64,000 bases of DNA, taken from assembly GCF_008831285.2 (NCBI RefSeq), contig NC_045138.2:20026001-20090000 (forward strand), written 5' to 3'. Both the position numbers and the translations under genes were made by a program. This DNA comes from Nymphaea colorata. Lineage: Eukaryota. The notes beneath the pieces are model-generated. The model searched no databases. It saw only the letters and a program-made list of their open reading frames with translations, and was not told where the DNA came from. Below are positions 52,510 to 64,000 of the stretch, piece after piece (position 1 is the first letter of the stretch; the number at the start of each line of letters is the position of its first letter).

Positions 52510-52620
52510 ATGTGCTTAAGAGGAGTATATGCGGAAGGCTTTTGAGTATGTGACAAGATTAGGGGCTGCTCCAAATGCTCATACCTGCAAGTTTTGATCT
52601 GAGGGTCATCAAAGGACCAT
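52510..52620 (+). pseudogene. Decayed fragment of the 3' end of the neighbouring PPR gene
   Basis: atgcggaaggcttttgagtatgtgacaagattaggggctgctccaaatgctcatacctgcaagttttgatctgagggtcatcaaaggaccat aligns to atgcagaaggcttttgagttgcgtgacaagatgatgaagctgggggctgttccaaatgctcagacctgcaagcttttgatttctgggttgtcaaaggttcat (~56372-56472) with frameshifting deletions. Confidence 0.85.
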
Positions 52621-52629
52621 AATTATGAG

Positions 52630-53185
52630 TAGTGATATCCAATTTGCACCTGATCAAACCATTTCGAAAAATCGGATATGTATAAAAAAAATAATATCTG
52701 ATTAAGAAATCAGATCAAATTCAGATTAAAAAAAATGATATATGTTCTGATTCAATTTCGGATTTGGATATATATAAATGTCGGGTTTGATTTGGATTTG
52801 GATTGGATTTAATTTTAAATAAATTTCGCATGTTCAAATTTCTTATATTTTGGAAATGGGCCAAATTCGGTTTAAATCAGAATCCTCGGATTGTGAAATC
52901 AGATTTTAGATTCAGCTCAAGTTAAAACTTGACTTATAAACAATTGAGTTCGAGTTACACGAGCTCAATTCGTTTAAACTCAAATTGGTTCCTGCCCTCA
53001 GTGTTTGTTAATATTCAATGGCATGTCGGCAAATTTTGATGAATTTTAATACTCCTTTTGTAGTTTTCATTTTCATTTAAAAAAAGTATATATGAATAAA
53101 GTGGCATGAGCTTAAACAATTCGAGCTCAAGCTCGAACCAAGTAATATGTAGCTCGAGCTCGGCCCACAGGTTGTACATTTCCTA
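52630..53185. mobile_element. Adjacent degenerate non-autonomous elements (family B in reverse orientation, then a GAGCTCGAG-motif element)
   Basis: Repeated ttcggatttggat motifs to ~52912, then repeated gagctcaa/gctcgag motifs similar to 20660-20800. Confidence 0.5.
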
Positions 53186-54678
53186 TTAACATGTAACGAT
53201 CTAGTCACCCCAAGGGGTTGGTGCACTGGCTCAGGGCAGTGGTTGGTAGGTGGCCATTAAAAGAGCAGGGGCATAAACCTCCCTTCCTTCTTCCTTTTTA
53301 TTTTGCTAATGGGGGTAGAACCAGTGTATGAACTAACATGCATTAAGGGCCTACACTAAGCACCTATACAGCCTTGAACTCTGGGAGCATGTGAAGGGTG
53401 TAGAAGCTTCGGCTCTAACTCGGTGGTATGGTATATGTAATCATACATCGTATAATTAATATAGGTTTGAGAAACCTATATAATATGCCTACGATACACG
53501 ATGTAGATGTGTCGCCCATGTTGTGTGATATAGGGGCCATATTACAAGGTCTGAGTGATACTCCTTTATATCGGGGACAAAATGGAAAAAGGGGTTCAAT
53601 AGCCCTTTTTTTATGCTTCCTTTTAAAATAGTTCATATCTCCTGTTTTGTAAACATCTCTAAGAGCTGTGGGAGGAGGAGGTTTTACTAGTTTTCTAGAA
53701 ATATCGACTAGAAATATCGACCATATGTTGGTGAAGACATCCATTTGAAAGCGATGAAATGATTAACGAAGAAAATGAGGATGGAGATGAAGATGATGAT
53801 GAGTATTGGTGATTGATGGTATTCATGATATTTGACAGTTGGCAGTGAACAATTATATGTTGTGAATTTGTAATATAATCTAAAACATTTTAAACTTGTG
53901 ATGGCTGCTTATTATGTTACTTTGAATCTACTATTTCTCATTTCTGAATGTGGTGTTGATATATCATGGCTCATGAATGACAAATTATGAATGTTCTTTA
54001 TGTGAGATAAGTTTTTTTTATATGGAATACATTTTTTCTTATTTCTTCTGAATTTTTCTCTATTTTCCTATTTTTTTAAATTTTCGAATTATGAATTAGT
54101 TTTATGATACTTTAGAGCCCAGCAAATAGGACCTAAATTTCTCTAGGGTAAATACAACAACAATAAGGTCCTTAATAGATCACATGAAATTTTCATTCTT
54201 CTGGTTGTCCTAGAACGGTTCCCATATCGTAGTCATATGCAATAGAAATTATTTTCAATGGTTTATTCCAGAGCGATGTAAAATGGAAGCAGTTATTCTC
54301 TATACCATATATGTTAAGCGTTCCTGGATCCTTGAGCTTAGGTGCGGCTCGGTGCTGAAGCTCTATGCAATGACCTATTCGATAGATTCTAACTTCTTGT
54401 TGTTGGGAAGGGATAGGTACAACGTTCGTTGGATTTCTCCGAAATCCACAAAAAATAAAGTGAAACTAACAAACTCTTATGCTGCCTGAGCATGCTCTTC
54501 ATAGTGGCGTGATTGGAGAACGGGTGTATCGAAAAAAAAATGAACGTGCTTCCTTCCGTGAAAACTCCTAAGAAGGGGATCATCGAAATTTATTGACAAA
54601 AAATGGTACTTATAAAGAGAATTGTTCTCTTTGTGGTTGCCTGTTTGAACCGTGTTGCGTGATCTGTTTAACGGTCAG

Positions 54679-56481
54679 ATGAATCAACGTCTCCTATTCT
54701 TGTTCCCTCCCATTTCAATCAGATCCGTGGCTTATTTCCTGCCCTTTGCTGAGACAAGGCCATCCACAAAATCCAACTTGGTAATCTCAGCAAATTTCTA
54801 CTCGAAGACGCACAAATCCAATTTGGTCTCCACCATTTGCTCAATCCTGAGGGGGACCCCCGCTGGCCTGAAGCATCTCAGGAAGGAAGAGCTTGTTCAC
54901 CAACTGGGTCATGCTGAAATAGACGCTGTCTTGTTGAGGTGCCAATCTGATCCAGTTATCGCTCTTGGGTTTTTCAATTGGGTGAGGAATGAAGTGGGGA
55001 TTAAACCCAGTACTCGTAATTATTGTACCATTGTTCATATTCTTGCATGGTCAAGACTCTTCAGCCAAGGGATGAGACTTCTAGGTGAAGTAGTTGGGAC
55101 CGACCGCCAAGTGTTTGTTGATTTGATTCAGGCGGCAGAAGGTTGCAATTGGAACCCTGTTGTTTTTGATATGCTAATCAAGGTTTATGTTCAGTTTGGT
55201 AGGGTTCAGGCTGGAATGGAAGTTTTCAGGAGAATGATAGGCATTGGTTTGGTCCCTCAGGTCAGTGCCTGCAATTCTCTTTTGAATGGTCTGCTAAAGT
55301 CCACTTTTGATGAATCTCAGAACCCCTGTTGGGAAATCTATGAAGAAATGAGAAGAATTGGGGTTTCACCAAATGCATATACGTTTAATATATTGACCCA
55401 TGCTCTATGTATGGTTGGAGATCTAGAAAAGGTGAAGGAATTCTTGGAGAAACTTGAAGATTCTGGTTTTGATCCAGATGTGGTCACTTACAATACATTG
55501 ATAGATAGCTACTGTAAGAAAAAGAAACTGGATGAGGCTTTTTACCTGTACAGGATCATGTATCGGAGAGGCATAGTTCCTGACATGGTTACTTACACAA
55601 GTTTGATAAAAGGGTTGTGCAGACAAGGAAGAACAAAAGATGCTCATCAACTTTTCCATACAATGCTACACAGAGGGATCACGCCGGATTGTGTTACGTA
55701 TAATTCCCTTATATCTGGTTACTGCAGAGAAGGGAAACTGCAGGAGTCGAAGTCATTATTGCATGAACTGATTCAAATTGGGCTGGCGCCTGATCATTTT
55801 ACTTGTGCTGTGCTGGTTGAAGGGTATATTAAAGGTGGACGGTTGTTATCTGCTTTGAACCTAGTTGTTGAAATTCAAAGACTTGGAGTTTCAATTGACA
55901 ATGACATTTACATTAGATTAGTTAAGGCACTCTGTATGGAAGGAAAACCTAACGCAGCCAAAAGTTTATTTACACGGATCCTTCAAGGAGGTTATAAACC
56001 AAGCTTAGAGATTTACAATGCGTTAATTCAATCCTTCTGCAAAGATGGTAACTTCAACGACGCATTGTCTTTGAAGGACGATATTGTTAGTTGTGGCCTC
56101 AGACCAGATTTGGCTACTTACAGGTTTCTTATAGAAGGCCTTTGTAGAACACAGAACAACAAGGAAGGCGAGTGCTTGATGCAAGAAATGTCTGTTCGTT
56201 TCGGTTTAGTACCTGATTCTTCCATATGTTCCGCTTTGATAAATGGGTATTGCAGAGAAGGGAATGTGATGAAGGCAGAGAGGCTTTTGGAAGATTTTGC
56301 TGAAAGATGTACATTATCTGACGCCAGCAACTATAATTCGCTTATTGAAGTATACTGTAACGAGGGTAACATGCAGAAGGCTTTTGAGTTGCGTGACAAG
56401 ATGATGAAGCTGGGGGCTGTTCCAAATGCTCAGACCTGCAAGCTTTTGATTTCTGGGTTGTCAAAGGTTCATGGTCGATAA
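54679..56481 (+). CDS. P-class pentatricopeptide repeat protein, intronless, ~600 aa; resembles Arabidopsis At5g40400 as I recall that sequence
   Basis: Tandem 35-aa PPR motifs (PNAYTFNILTHALC, PDVVTYNTLIDSYC, PDMVTYTSLIKGLC, PDCVTYNSLISGYC); no E/DYW domain; N-terminus looks like an organellar targeting peptide. First ATG is at 54679 (the ORF track starts at an upstream GTG). Confidence 0.93.
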   Translation: MNQRLLFLFPPISIRSVAYFLPFAETRPSTKSNLVISANFYSKTHKSNLVSTICSILRGTPAGLKHLRKEELVHQLGHAEIDAVLLRCQSDPVIALGFFNWVRNEVGIKPSTRNYCTIVHILAWSRLFSQGMRLLGEVVGTDRQVFVDLIQAAEGCNWNPVVFDMLIKVYVQFGRVQAGMEVFRRMIGIGLVPQVSACNSLLNGLLKSTFDESQNPCWEIYEEMRRIGVSPNAYTFNILTHALCMVGDLEKVKEFLEKLEDSGFDPDVVTYNTLIDSYCKKKKLDEAFYLYRIMYRRGIVPDMVTYTSLIKGLCRQGRTKDAHQLFHTMLHRGITPDCVTYNSLISGYCREGKLQESKSLLHELIQIGLAPDHFTCAVLVEGYIKGGRLLSALNLVVEIQRLGVSIDNDIYIRLVKALCMEGKPNAAKSLFTRILQGGYKPSLEIYNALIQSFCKDGNFNDALSLKDDIVSCGLRPDLATYRFLIEGLCRTQNNKEGECLMQEMSVRFGLVPDSSICSALINGYCREGNVMKAERLLEDFAERCTLSDASNYNSLIEVYCNEGNMQKAFELRDKMMKLGAVPNAQTCKLLISGLSKVHGR

Positions 56482-59421
56482 ACCATTGCTATTCAATAAC
56501 GCTACTTGCCTTGTTTGTGCTTGGCAGCTAAACTGCCATCATTTGGCTTTCTTTACTGTCAGCTGGTAAGGGCTCTCTGCCGTCTGATTAGGGAGACAGT
56601 TGACTAGTGAACGTCACCAAATTGACAGGATATCTCTAGGCCTGTTGTTATGAAGGAAGCTGACTGTCTCCATCGCGGAAGAGGAAACGGTTGTACGTCA
56701 ATGAAGTTTGGTCGGAGACAGCTTTGCTGCTTCGGCCTCTGTTGCTTTAAAACCATATAGAAAAATAAAAAAAACAAACGAGAAAGCGGACGAAATTCCA
56801 AATATTGTTATTAGAGAACTTCGACCTATTGTTCTCATGGCCCATGCAAAAGTCGCCCAAATACTTGTTTTGATTTTAATGTGTAACACAAAAAAGAAGA
56901 TTTTACTGTTTATAACTAAACTTGACTCAGCCTTTCCCCATACAATTAAAGGAACTAAAAGGCTGGACTTAAGACTTTCATGTTGAGAAATGATGAAGGC
57001 TTCATTACTCTTCTGTAACAAATGCTATTAAGGGTCTGCCTAGTTTAGCTCCTCTATTTGAAGGAAAAAGAAAAATTTCTATGCCTGTGACTGTGATGCT
57101 CATCAATTGCATAAAAGAAGTATGAGTTGAACTCGTTTTGCAGTGGAAGCTAGAGTAACTGCAGCCAATTTTTCGACGTTCTCGTGTCGTGTGTCGTGTG
57201 GTGTGTGTGTGTGTGTTTTCGCGCGCCCTCTTTCAGCAGGAAGCCTGTGAGGGGGATCTTCTTTCAGCAGGAAGCCTGAAAGGAATCAACCAAATTAAAC
57301 TTATCTAGTACGCATGCTTCTTTCTCTGACAACAATATTTGGTATACTTCTAGAAGACAACATACCACTCAAGTGATACGGGCTGCAGCAAAGGAACCTA
57401 TGGCCCATTAGTTCCATTTAATTTGGACCGTCATGTCTTTCTTCCACTAGTTTTAGAAAATTCAAGTATTTTGGATTCAAATTAATTATCGCAATTAGGA
57501 TTATTATAATCTAGTATTATTAGAATAGGCATGCTTATCTTGCTTTGTTTTTGTTTTTTTTTTTTTCCATCTATACGTAAATGAAAGATGTCATTTACAA
57601 TCACCGCTGGTTTGAGAGAAATTATGAATTGAGTTTGGAAAGGAGTTTCCCCGGCTCACTTCTCTTTTCCCTCCTCCCCTGCACCACTTCCTTTTCCTAG
57701 GCAAACCTTCACCCAGACCCTCTCACTTCCCTCCCTTTACTCGACATCTGGACCAAAACAATTATACCACATGCAAACTCAATTCATCTTGCCTTTCCCA
57801 AGCCTATGGATTGCCCTAGTGATACAAACTAAAACTCGTATCCAATACCAACATAATTTCCCAAATCCCTCAATGTCCTATTCAAATCTCATTTTCAAAA
57901 TGGATCTCACTATTTCCAATATCTAGAAGACCAACTGAGGATCAGGAGTCAGGACCCATACTACACAACCCAAAGTCTTCAACAATGCTCAATCCCAAAG
58001 TCTCGGTCAAACTATCTTCAGACCTCACATATTTACTCAAAATATACCAACGACCCCAACATCAGTCCCTTGACCCCAAGCATGTGAAATATGATTCTAA
58101 TCCATTTGAGTTTAGTTGTGAATGTGAACTCATAAAATTTGGAAATGGGGAGACATCGAAATCGCCACCTTCAATTTTGGATTTATATCCCATCTTTAAT
58201 TTGTTGAATGTAGATTTGAATAACTATTGAATCTAAACTTGCTGAATTGAATCAAGCTGAAGTTGAGATGCCAGCCGCTTGTTTACTTGATCTGCACTCT
58301 GTAAGTAACCATAGCCTAAACTTCCATTATTGTGTGTAAGATCTTTTGGGAACAATAAATTTTCAGAATAGTGCCAACCAGCTGCTCTTTAACCAAGTGC
58401 CTCTCATCCATCTAAAGGATTTGTAGAATTGACTTGCACACACCCCAGAGCCTAACCTAGAATGCCTTTTGCCCCGACCTGCCAGTGTTGATCCCATATT
58501 ATGGTTGTCTAACCAAGTCGAGTTTAATTGAAAGAAGCCAATCTGTTTTTCACAGTTTGAAAATAAATTGATCAGTGTAAAGGCATAGTTTTATATCAGA
58601 AGCATCACTCCCATTATTCTGCTTTCGTTGTATTGTCCTTTGACTCCAGCGACCCCTTCCTTGTCTTGGATGCTCACACGCAAGACCTTTCATTTAAACT
58701 TCAGGACGAAAGTATCAGTTGGATTTTTCTATTTAGAGAGGTTTTCAGCCAATGTGGAACTTGCAGAGATTCTCTTGTTTCAGAAAATCAAAAAAGAGTA
58801 GAAGGCCACGGAAATGGTACAATCTTTTCTGGTGTGATGTCGAATTTCCGAAGTCAATAAGATTGTTTGTGGCTAGGCATTTAAACTTGAGTTGTCCTTC
58901 AGATCTGCCTGTAGCAAAATAAAGGAGACCCACTTTATGTTTGTTTCCGCCAATATGGAAGAACATCCCACCGGACACACCGCATCCCTCTTGTTGTAAC
59001 CAAAACCATCGTAATATACATTCATCACACCATGGAGATGAAAGAGAAAGAAAAATATTTATGCTTTTCTTGGATGCCACTAAAACCATCTACTTTAAAG
59101 TCCATGTTCTGTCACCAACGCAAGGTCTGGCTCCACCACTAAGAAGCCCAAATAATTTAATCCAAACTGACACGTATCTAACCGATATTTTTTTGCCGAA
59201 TTTCCGCAACGAATCCAGTCCAACATTATCCATCCCATGGATCCAAATCCAATCTATATTCAACCTTAAGGGTGATGCAGCTTTCAGGAGATCTTTTTCC
59301 GTCCAAAGGAAGGCCCGGCCAGCATAGCCCCTATCTTTTCACTGGCTTTTCATTCTCCCTCACCGGATGGTCAAGGCAAATGAAACATTTTTTATTCCCA
59401 TAGTTGTTATTCCCTTGGGCC

Positions 59422-59743
59422 CAAAAGGTGGGGAGCACCCCACCGAGTTGAAGACGGCCTGCTCTTCACCCAAGCCCCGGTGTAGCTCTCGATCCTAAAG
59501 GCAGGCGAGGAGGAGGACCTATGGCTCTCATCCATCCAGAGAAAAAGTGGCTTGAAGAAGTTATGCAATGGGCTGCAAAAGGTGCAGAGCACCCACCGAG
59601 TTGAAGAGGGCCTGCTCCTCACCCAGGCTCCGCTGTAGCTCTAGATCCTAAAGGCAGGGGAGGAGGAAGGCTTCTGAGCAATTGCTAGACGGCCCTCGTG
59701 CATCCGGAGAAACATGACTTAAAAGAAGTTATGCAATAGGCTG
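59422..59743. repeat. Diverged two-unit tandem repeat (~155-170 bp) of GC-balanced sequence
   Basis: caaaaggtg..gagcaccc(c)accgagttgaaga.ggcctgctc.tcaccca.gc.ccg.tgtagctct.gatcctaaaggcagg.gaggagga...gaagttatgcaat.ggctgc occurs at 59422 and 59576. Confidence 0.9.
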
Positions 59744-60718
59744 CGACAAACGCCTCTGGTCATTCCTGTACCTGCCTTGAACCAGAAGTCACCACATAGG
59801 AGAACCTCCATAAGAAAACACTCTTACCAGCTATTATTCAAAGTCCCTCGCCCAGACATACAACGGCCACAACTGCAACTAAAAAAAATGCAGTACTGCC
59901 AACATATGCCTCCATTTCTTGCCCTAGACAACTCACAACTCACCGCAACTTGGTCACAGCGTGAAGAACTTAAGAAATAAAAATGGTGAGAATCCAAACA
60001 CGTGAACGACATAGCAACTGAGACCATCTCTGAGCTATGAAACAAAGCAACGGTCATGTCAGCGAGCAAAACATTTGGTTGAAAGAAATTATACTTAATC
60101 AGCAAATTAAAGGTGAAGAAGGAAAAAATGTGATAGGTGTGGCAACAAAGCCAAACTGAGATCGTCAGAAATAGATACATGTTTCTTTTACATAACCAAA
60201 AGCCAACCCAACAGCCTTATACAAGCCCCATCATCACGTAAAAGGACGGAGACAAATAAAAAAGGGGGAAAAAAAAATTGTTCAGCTACACCTGTATACA
60301 CTACCCTAGTCCAAAATCTTCTCTATGTGCCAACTAAATTACAGTGGGAAGGATGACCACTACCCAACTAAAAACTGACGACAAAAAGGGGGGAGAAAAC
60401 GCAAAAAGTTGAGACTCAATAACAGAAAAAACTCGAGGACAATGATGAGAACAAACAATATATTAGACAGATGCATAGATGTACATGGAACTGCAGAGAT
60501 GAATGCACGCACTTACATCCCACGGAGGTTCTCTCCCCACCAATACTTGAAAGAATATACTTCAGCAACTGCTGAAGGACTGGTTAATCATTGAAGTCAC
60601 TCCTCAGTACTGCTCCATTCGCCTTCGATCTATCCTTCTGCACCACCACCAGATGTTGGCATTCCATTTGCCCCAGTTGGGCCAAAAGATCACTGTGAAG
60701 GTTCATTACAGCCTTTCT

Positions 60719-61600
60719 CTAATTGTATATTTTCACCGGCTTTTCAAAAGTATGTCGTGCCTGTATAAGTTAATGGTGTCAATAAAAGATCATTTTAGAT
60801 CAATCAAATTAAATTGACTAACCATGACCTAAGGGCCTGCCTGTTAGTGAGCCAACAAAACAAACATTTTTAGCAACGTTGGCACTGTTCAGTATAGTAT
60901 AACCGAAATGAGAACACAGACCTACTGAAGGCAATTTCTGTCAGCTTAGTCACCTCGTCAGCAACTTTCTAACAGTAAGGATTAAGCGACATTTGCAGGC
61001 TCGATTTACCAAACCAAATTCAACATGGTACCTTGACACTCCTGGAGGGCCATCAGGTCAGGTGTCCACAACATCTGGATACCAAGACTCTCCTTGACAC
61101 TCAAATGACATTTCATCCCTTCAACATAGAAGCATCCACATCCGACACCATTCAAGTCATTAAATGCCTTACACGCCAACTATCCATAGTTATTTCATGT
61201 CTAACACACTTTAGCCTATTCTCTGATTTCACACCTGGCGATGAGGAAGAGTCAAGTGAAGCCCTAAAATCTGATCGAGATTATGCCTTCTCTACAATTC
61301 TCTTGCCTATATTATCTTGCCTCTGGAGTGAGTACAGTTATCAAACCTCCAGCAAATTTCCCCAAGTTTTCAAATTGGAAAACAGTAAATGCTAGACCCA
61401 TATATGAAAAGGATAAAAGAGATCACCCGTTGGATACCTGATTGGCAGTATAGGCCCTTTTAGGGGCAGTGTCTGAGTGCTCCAAACCAAGGTACTGTTC
61501 CCAAGCACCATAAACATCTCTTCTCTACAAGACAAAACAATGACCGGAAGAAACTCATCAAAGCACAAACCAACATGTATTTGTGTATGCTGGCACACAC

Positions 61601-61639
<39 letters not shown>

Positions 61640-63718
61640 CTGAAAACGACTTGAAACTACATCACTGTCTTGAAGGTATTCAGGCCGGCCCAATGACATG
61701 AACGCAAACTTCCACTACCCAAAAAAAGAAGATAAAATCAGCACTCGCAAACACATCGAAGCCATGAAATTTTAGTCTACATATACTACTCATCAAGCAA
61801 TCTATGGTAGGACCAACATCAAATTGATACAGGGGTGAAGCCACAACTGGACTTGTGAGGGTGGTTGCCCACACAGTCCCATGCAATTCATAGCCATTAG
61901 TTGGCCAATTATTTTCTTAATTGGTGCCCTTCAATCATTTACTTATTTAAATATAGCGCCATTAATCATTTAAATATGTATTTGAAGGGTATAATATTTT
62001 TTTTAATTAATGCTCCTCAGCCAAAACTTCTGGTTGTGCAACTGATTTGACATGACAGGCTAGATTCAACGAGTTATAATATTTAAGCTACTTGATATAC
62101 AAGTAACAGAAAAAAACCAGTCAGAACATGCAACTGATAAGGAGTTTAAGGGCCAACCTTCGCAAACTCCTCCTCAGGAACCTGTAATTTCTTCTGAATT
62201 CGTAATTTCACTTCAGCCAATGTCTCACCTTCATGTATGATCAGGAAAAAGGGTTCTCCAAAATTCTGTACTTGCTGCTAAGCCAACAAAGTCAGAGACA
62301 TATGGCAGTCATAAAACAAATAACATGATCCAATGTAACCATACCATTTGATTTTGTGAAGCATCTTTTGTGAAATGGTACACATGTATCAGCCGATTGT
62401 GAGGACCAAGGTTTTTCTCTTCTTCAGGAATCTACATAATGAATACATATAAACAGTTACTCATATCTGATAAAGTTTACAATCATAAAACTAAAAACAG
62501 TCTTATGTGCAAGAAATGTTTTCATTGGTTACTGAAAGTGGCAATCACAAACAAGAAGAAACAGCAGATAGAATTTCAAATGCAACCTAACTAATTTAGA
62601 ATAAACACAGAGATTTACAGAGCAAGACATAATACCTCCTCTGCTCGCAATGTCCAGTATTGATCATTAATATTCTCAATCTTCTCATTCAAAGGGAAGA
62701 TCTGCATCAACAAGACAAATACAGTTCATGAGGGAAAGAAATAAAATATTGAAAGCAATTGCACAAACTGAATACAATAACAAGGCAAACCTTGTAAATC
62801 TTGTGGTAAAAAACCTCAAGCAATCGAAGCTCGGCAATGGGACTAGACAACTCAACCTGTTTAATATGCAATAATAGTGAGCACAAAATTATTTTGAAAA
62901 CAAAGTTGTTGACAGCAGTCATAGGGTAACATAATAAAAGTACTTTAGCCTAAAAACTCCATCTGACCATCTCCTTAATGAAGATGAAGACATGGCAGAA
63001 TCACGGGCATATCCTTGTGTTCAGTCACATAAAAAAAACTTGAAAGCACAACAGAAATCACCTTTGATTTTAGTTCATTAATAACATCCCCCACTGTGCT
63101 CATTTTTGGCAATCTTATGCTATGAATGGTTACCTGAAAAACGAAAGGCAAAGATTCAACAAGATCATCTCAAGTAAATTTAGGCAGTACACAACCAGCA
63201 TCCTCACCTCATCCTTTGTGGAATGATGAAATGCAACCTTCAGAGTCTTTAAACCTTGTAATTCTGGAAGCGGAATGTCCAAAACTTCGTAATATAATAT
63301 ATCAGAAGTCTGACACATCAGATGAAACAAAAAAGCTCAGTCAATCAGAAAATAGGAAACAGAAGACTTGCGAAATGGTTTGACCCAACAACCTGGTTGT
63401 AATGAACAAGCATGTCCGATAGATGCTCCACACCTCTATACTTGATAGGTTGTGGTTTAGGTTGTTGTGAGTAACAATTGTGAGATGTAAGCCGGATCTT
63501 TGATGGTTCATCTAAACCAATATGCCGTGCAACTCTCTCAACAACATCATCATATGTGTGCGACTTTGACCTATAAAGCACAAAAGGGATTTGTATGCTT
63601 ACCATATATAAACCATATGCACAACCTATACCTTCCATTAAAACATTTATGGTAGTACTTACAGTTCTAGACAAAAGTCATCCTCCTTTGGTTTATCAAG
63701 AGACCGGAAATGAACAAG
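60719..63718 (-). CDS. UBP12: 3' part of ubiquitin-specific protease UBP12/UBP13 (USP7-like); exons 63718-63663, 63570-63393, 63309-63208, 63133-63062, 62856-62791, 62701-62636, 62431-62345, 62277/62274-62158, 61714-61640, 61524-61438, 60760-60719; gene continues beyond the window
   Basis: Conserved C-terminal peptides KIRLTSHNCYSQQPKPQPIKYRGVEHLSDML, TSDILYYEVLDIPLPELQGLKTLKVAF, QNFGEPFFLIIHEGETL, WKFAFMSLGRPEYL, DVYGAWEQYLGLEH and terminal EKPVKIYN*. UBP12 and UBP13 cannot be distinguished here. Confidence 0.94.
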
Positions 63719-64000
63719 CTGAAAAAACAAAGAATGTGAAGAAGACATGAGATTTAAAAGGATTGGAGAAATCTACTCAAAGAGCATCAAAATATCACCC
63801 AGGCAGACGCAAAAAAGTAGCAAATATTGTTACAGACCACAGACATATAAAGCTAAAGAAACAACTCAATCCAATGGTTCTAAATGCCATAGCTAGCATA
63901 CCATCAAACAAAGGTTACACAACTTCCTTCTGCATACATCATATTGCAGAGTTTACCCAAACAATTATTGCTCCATGATGGTGGTGCAAAGTGGTCAGTA

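Noticed and set aside
53200..53420. Possible tRNA-derived SINE (A-box-like tggctcagggcagtgg)
   Set aside because: No clear B-box, tail or TSD; cannot be supported.
56566..57143. Possible 3'-UTR intron in the PPR gene that could trigger NMD
   Set aside because: Only a consensus-like GTAAG donor; transcript extent and acceptor are unknown.
57730..58930. Possible degenerate LINE remnant on the minus strand
   Set aside because: Composition is suggestive but I could not recover a convincing reverse transcriptase motif by hand.
3224..63718. Functional gene cluster (TSL, EEF1AKMT1, SEC11, SPT4, USP, PPR, UBP12)
   Set aside because: Unrelated housekeeping functions; adjacency alone is no evidence of a shared pathway.

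Overview
Gene-dense nuclear region of a flowering plant (GT-AG introns, a P-class PPR gene, many MITEs and microsatellites); the species cannot be fixed from the sequence alone. I reconstructed exon structures by hand for: TOUSLED kinase (minus, 17 exons, ~690 aa); an EEF1AKMT1/N6AMT2-type lysine methyltransferase (plus, divergent from TOUSLED); two tandem SEC11 signal peptidase catalytic subunit genes; SPT4; a universal stress protein (minus); a single-exon P-class PPR gene; and the 3' part of a UBP12/UBP13-type deubiquitinase (minus, running off the right edge). Introns and intergenic DNA carry hAT-like and Tourist-like non-autonomous elements and a Ty1/copia 3' remnant. The most unusual items are: (1) a compact spliced two-exon orphan mini-gene with a TATA box and telo-box between the GC-rich inverted arms of a MITE-like element (51550-52310); (2) an 80-bp duplication of a TOUSLED 3' splice site whose upstream copy would introduce a premature stop inside the kinase domain; (3) active-site-proximal divergence of the second SEC11 copy; (4) a decayed copy of the PPR 3' end upstream of the intact gene; and (5) a cluster of candidate uORFs upstream of TOUSLED. 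All family assignments come from motif recognition, not database searches.
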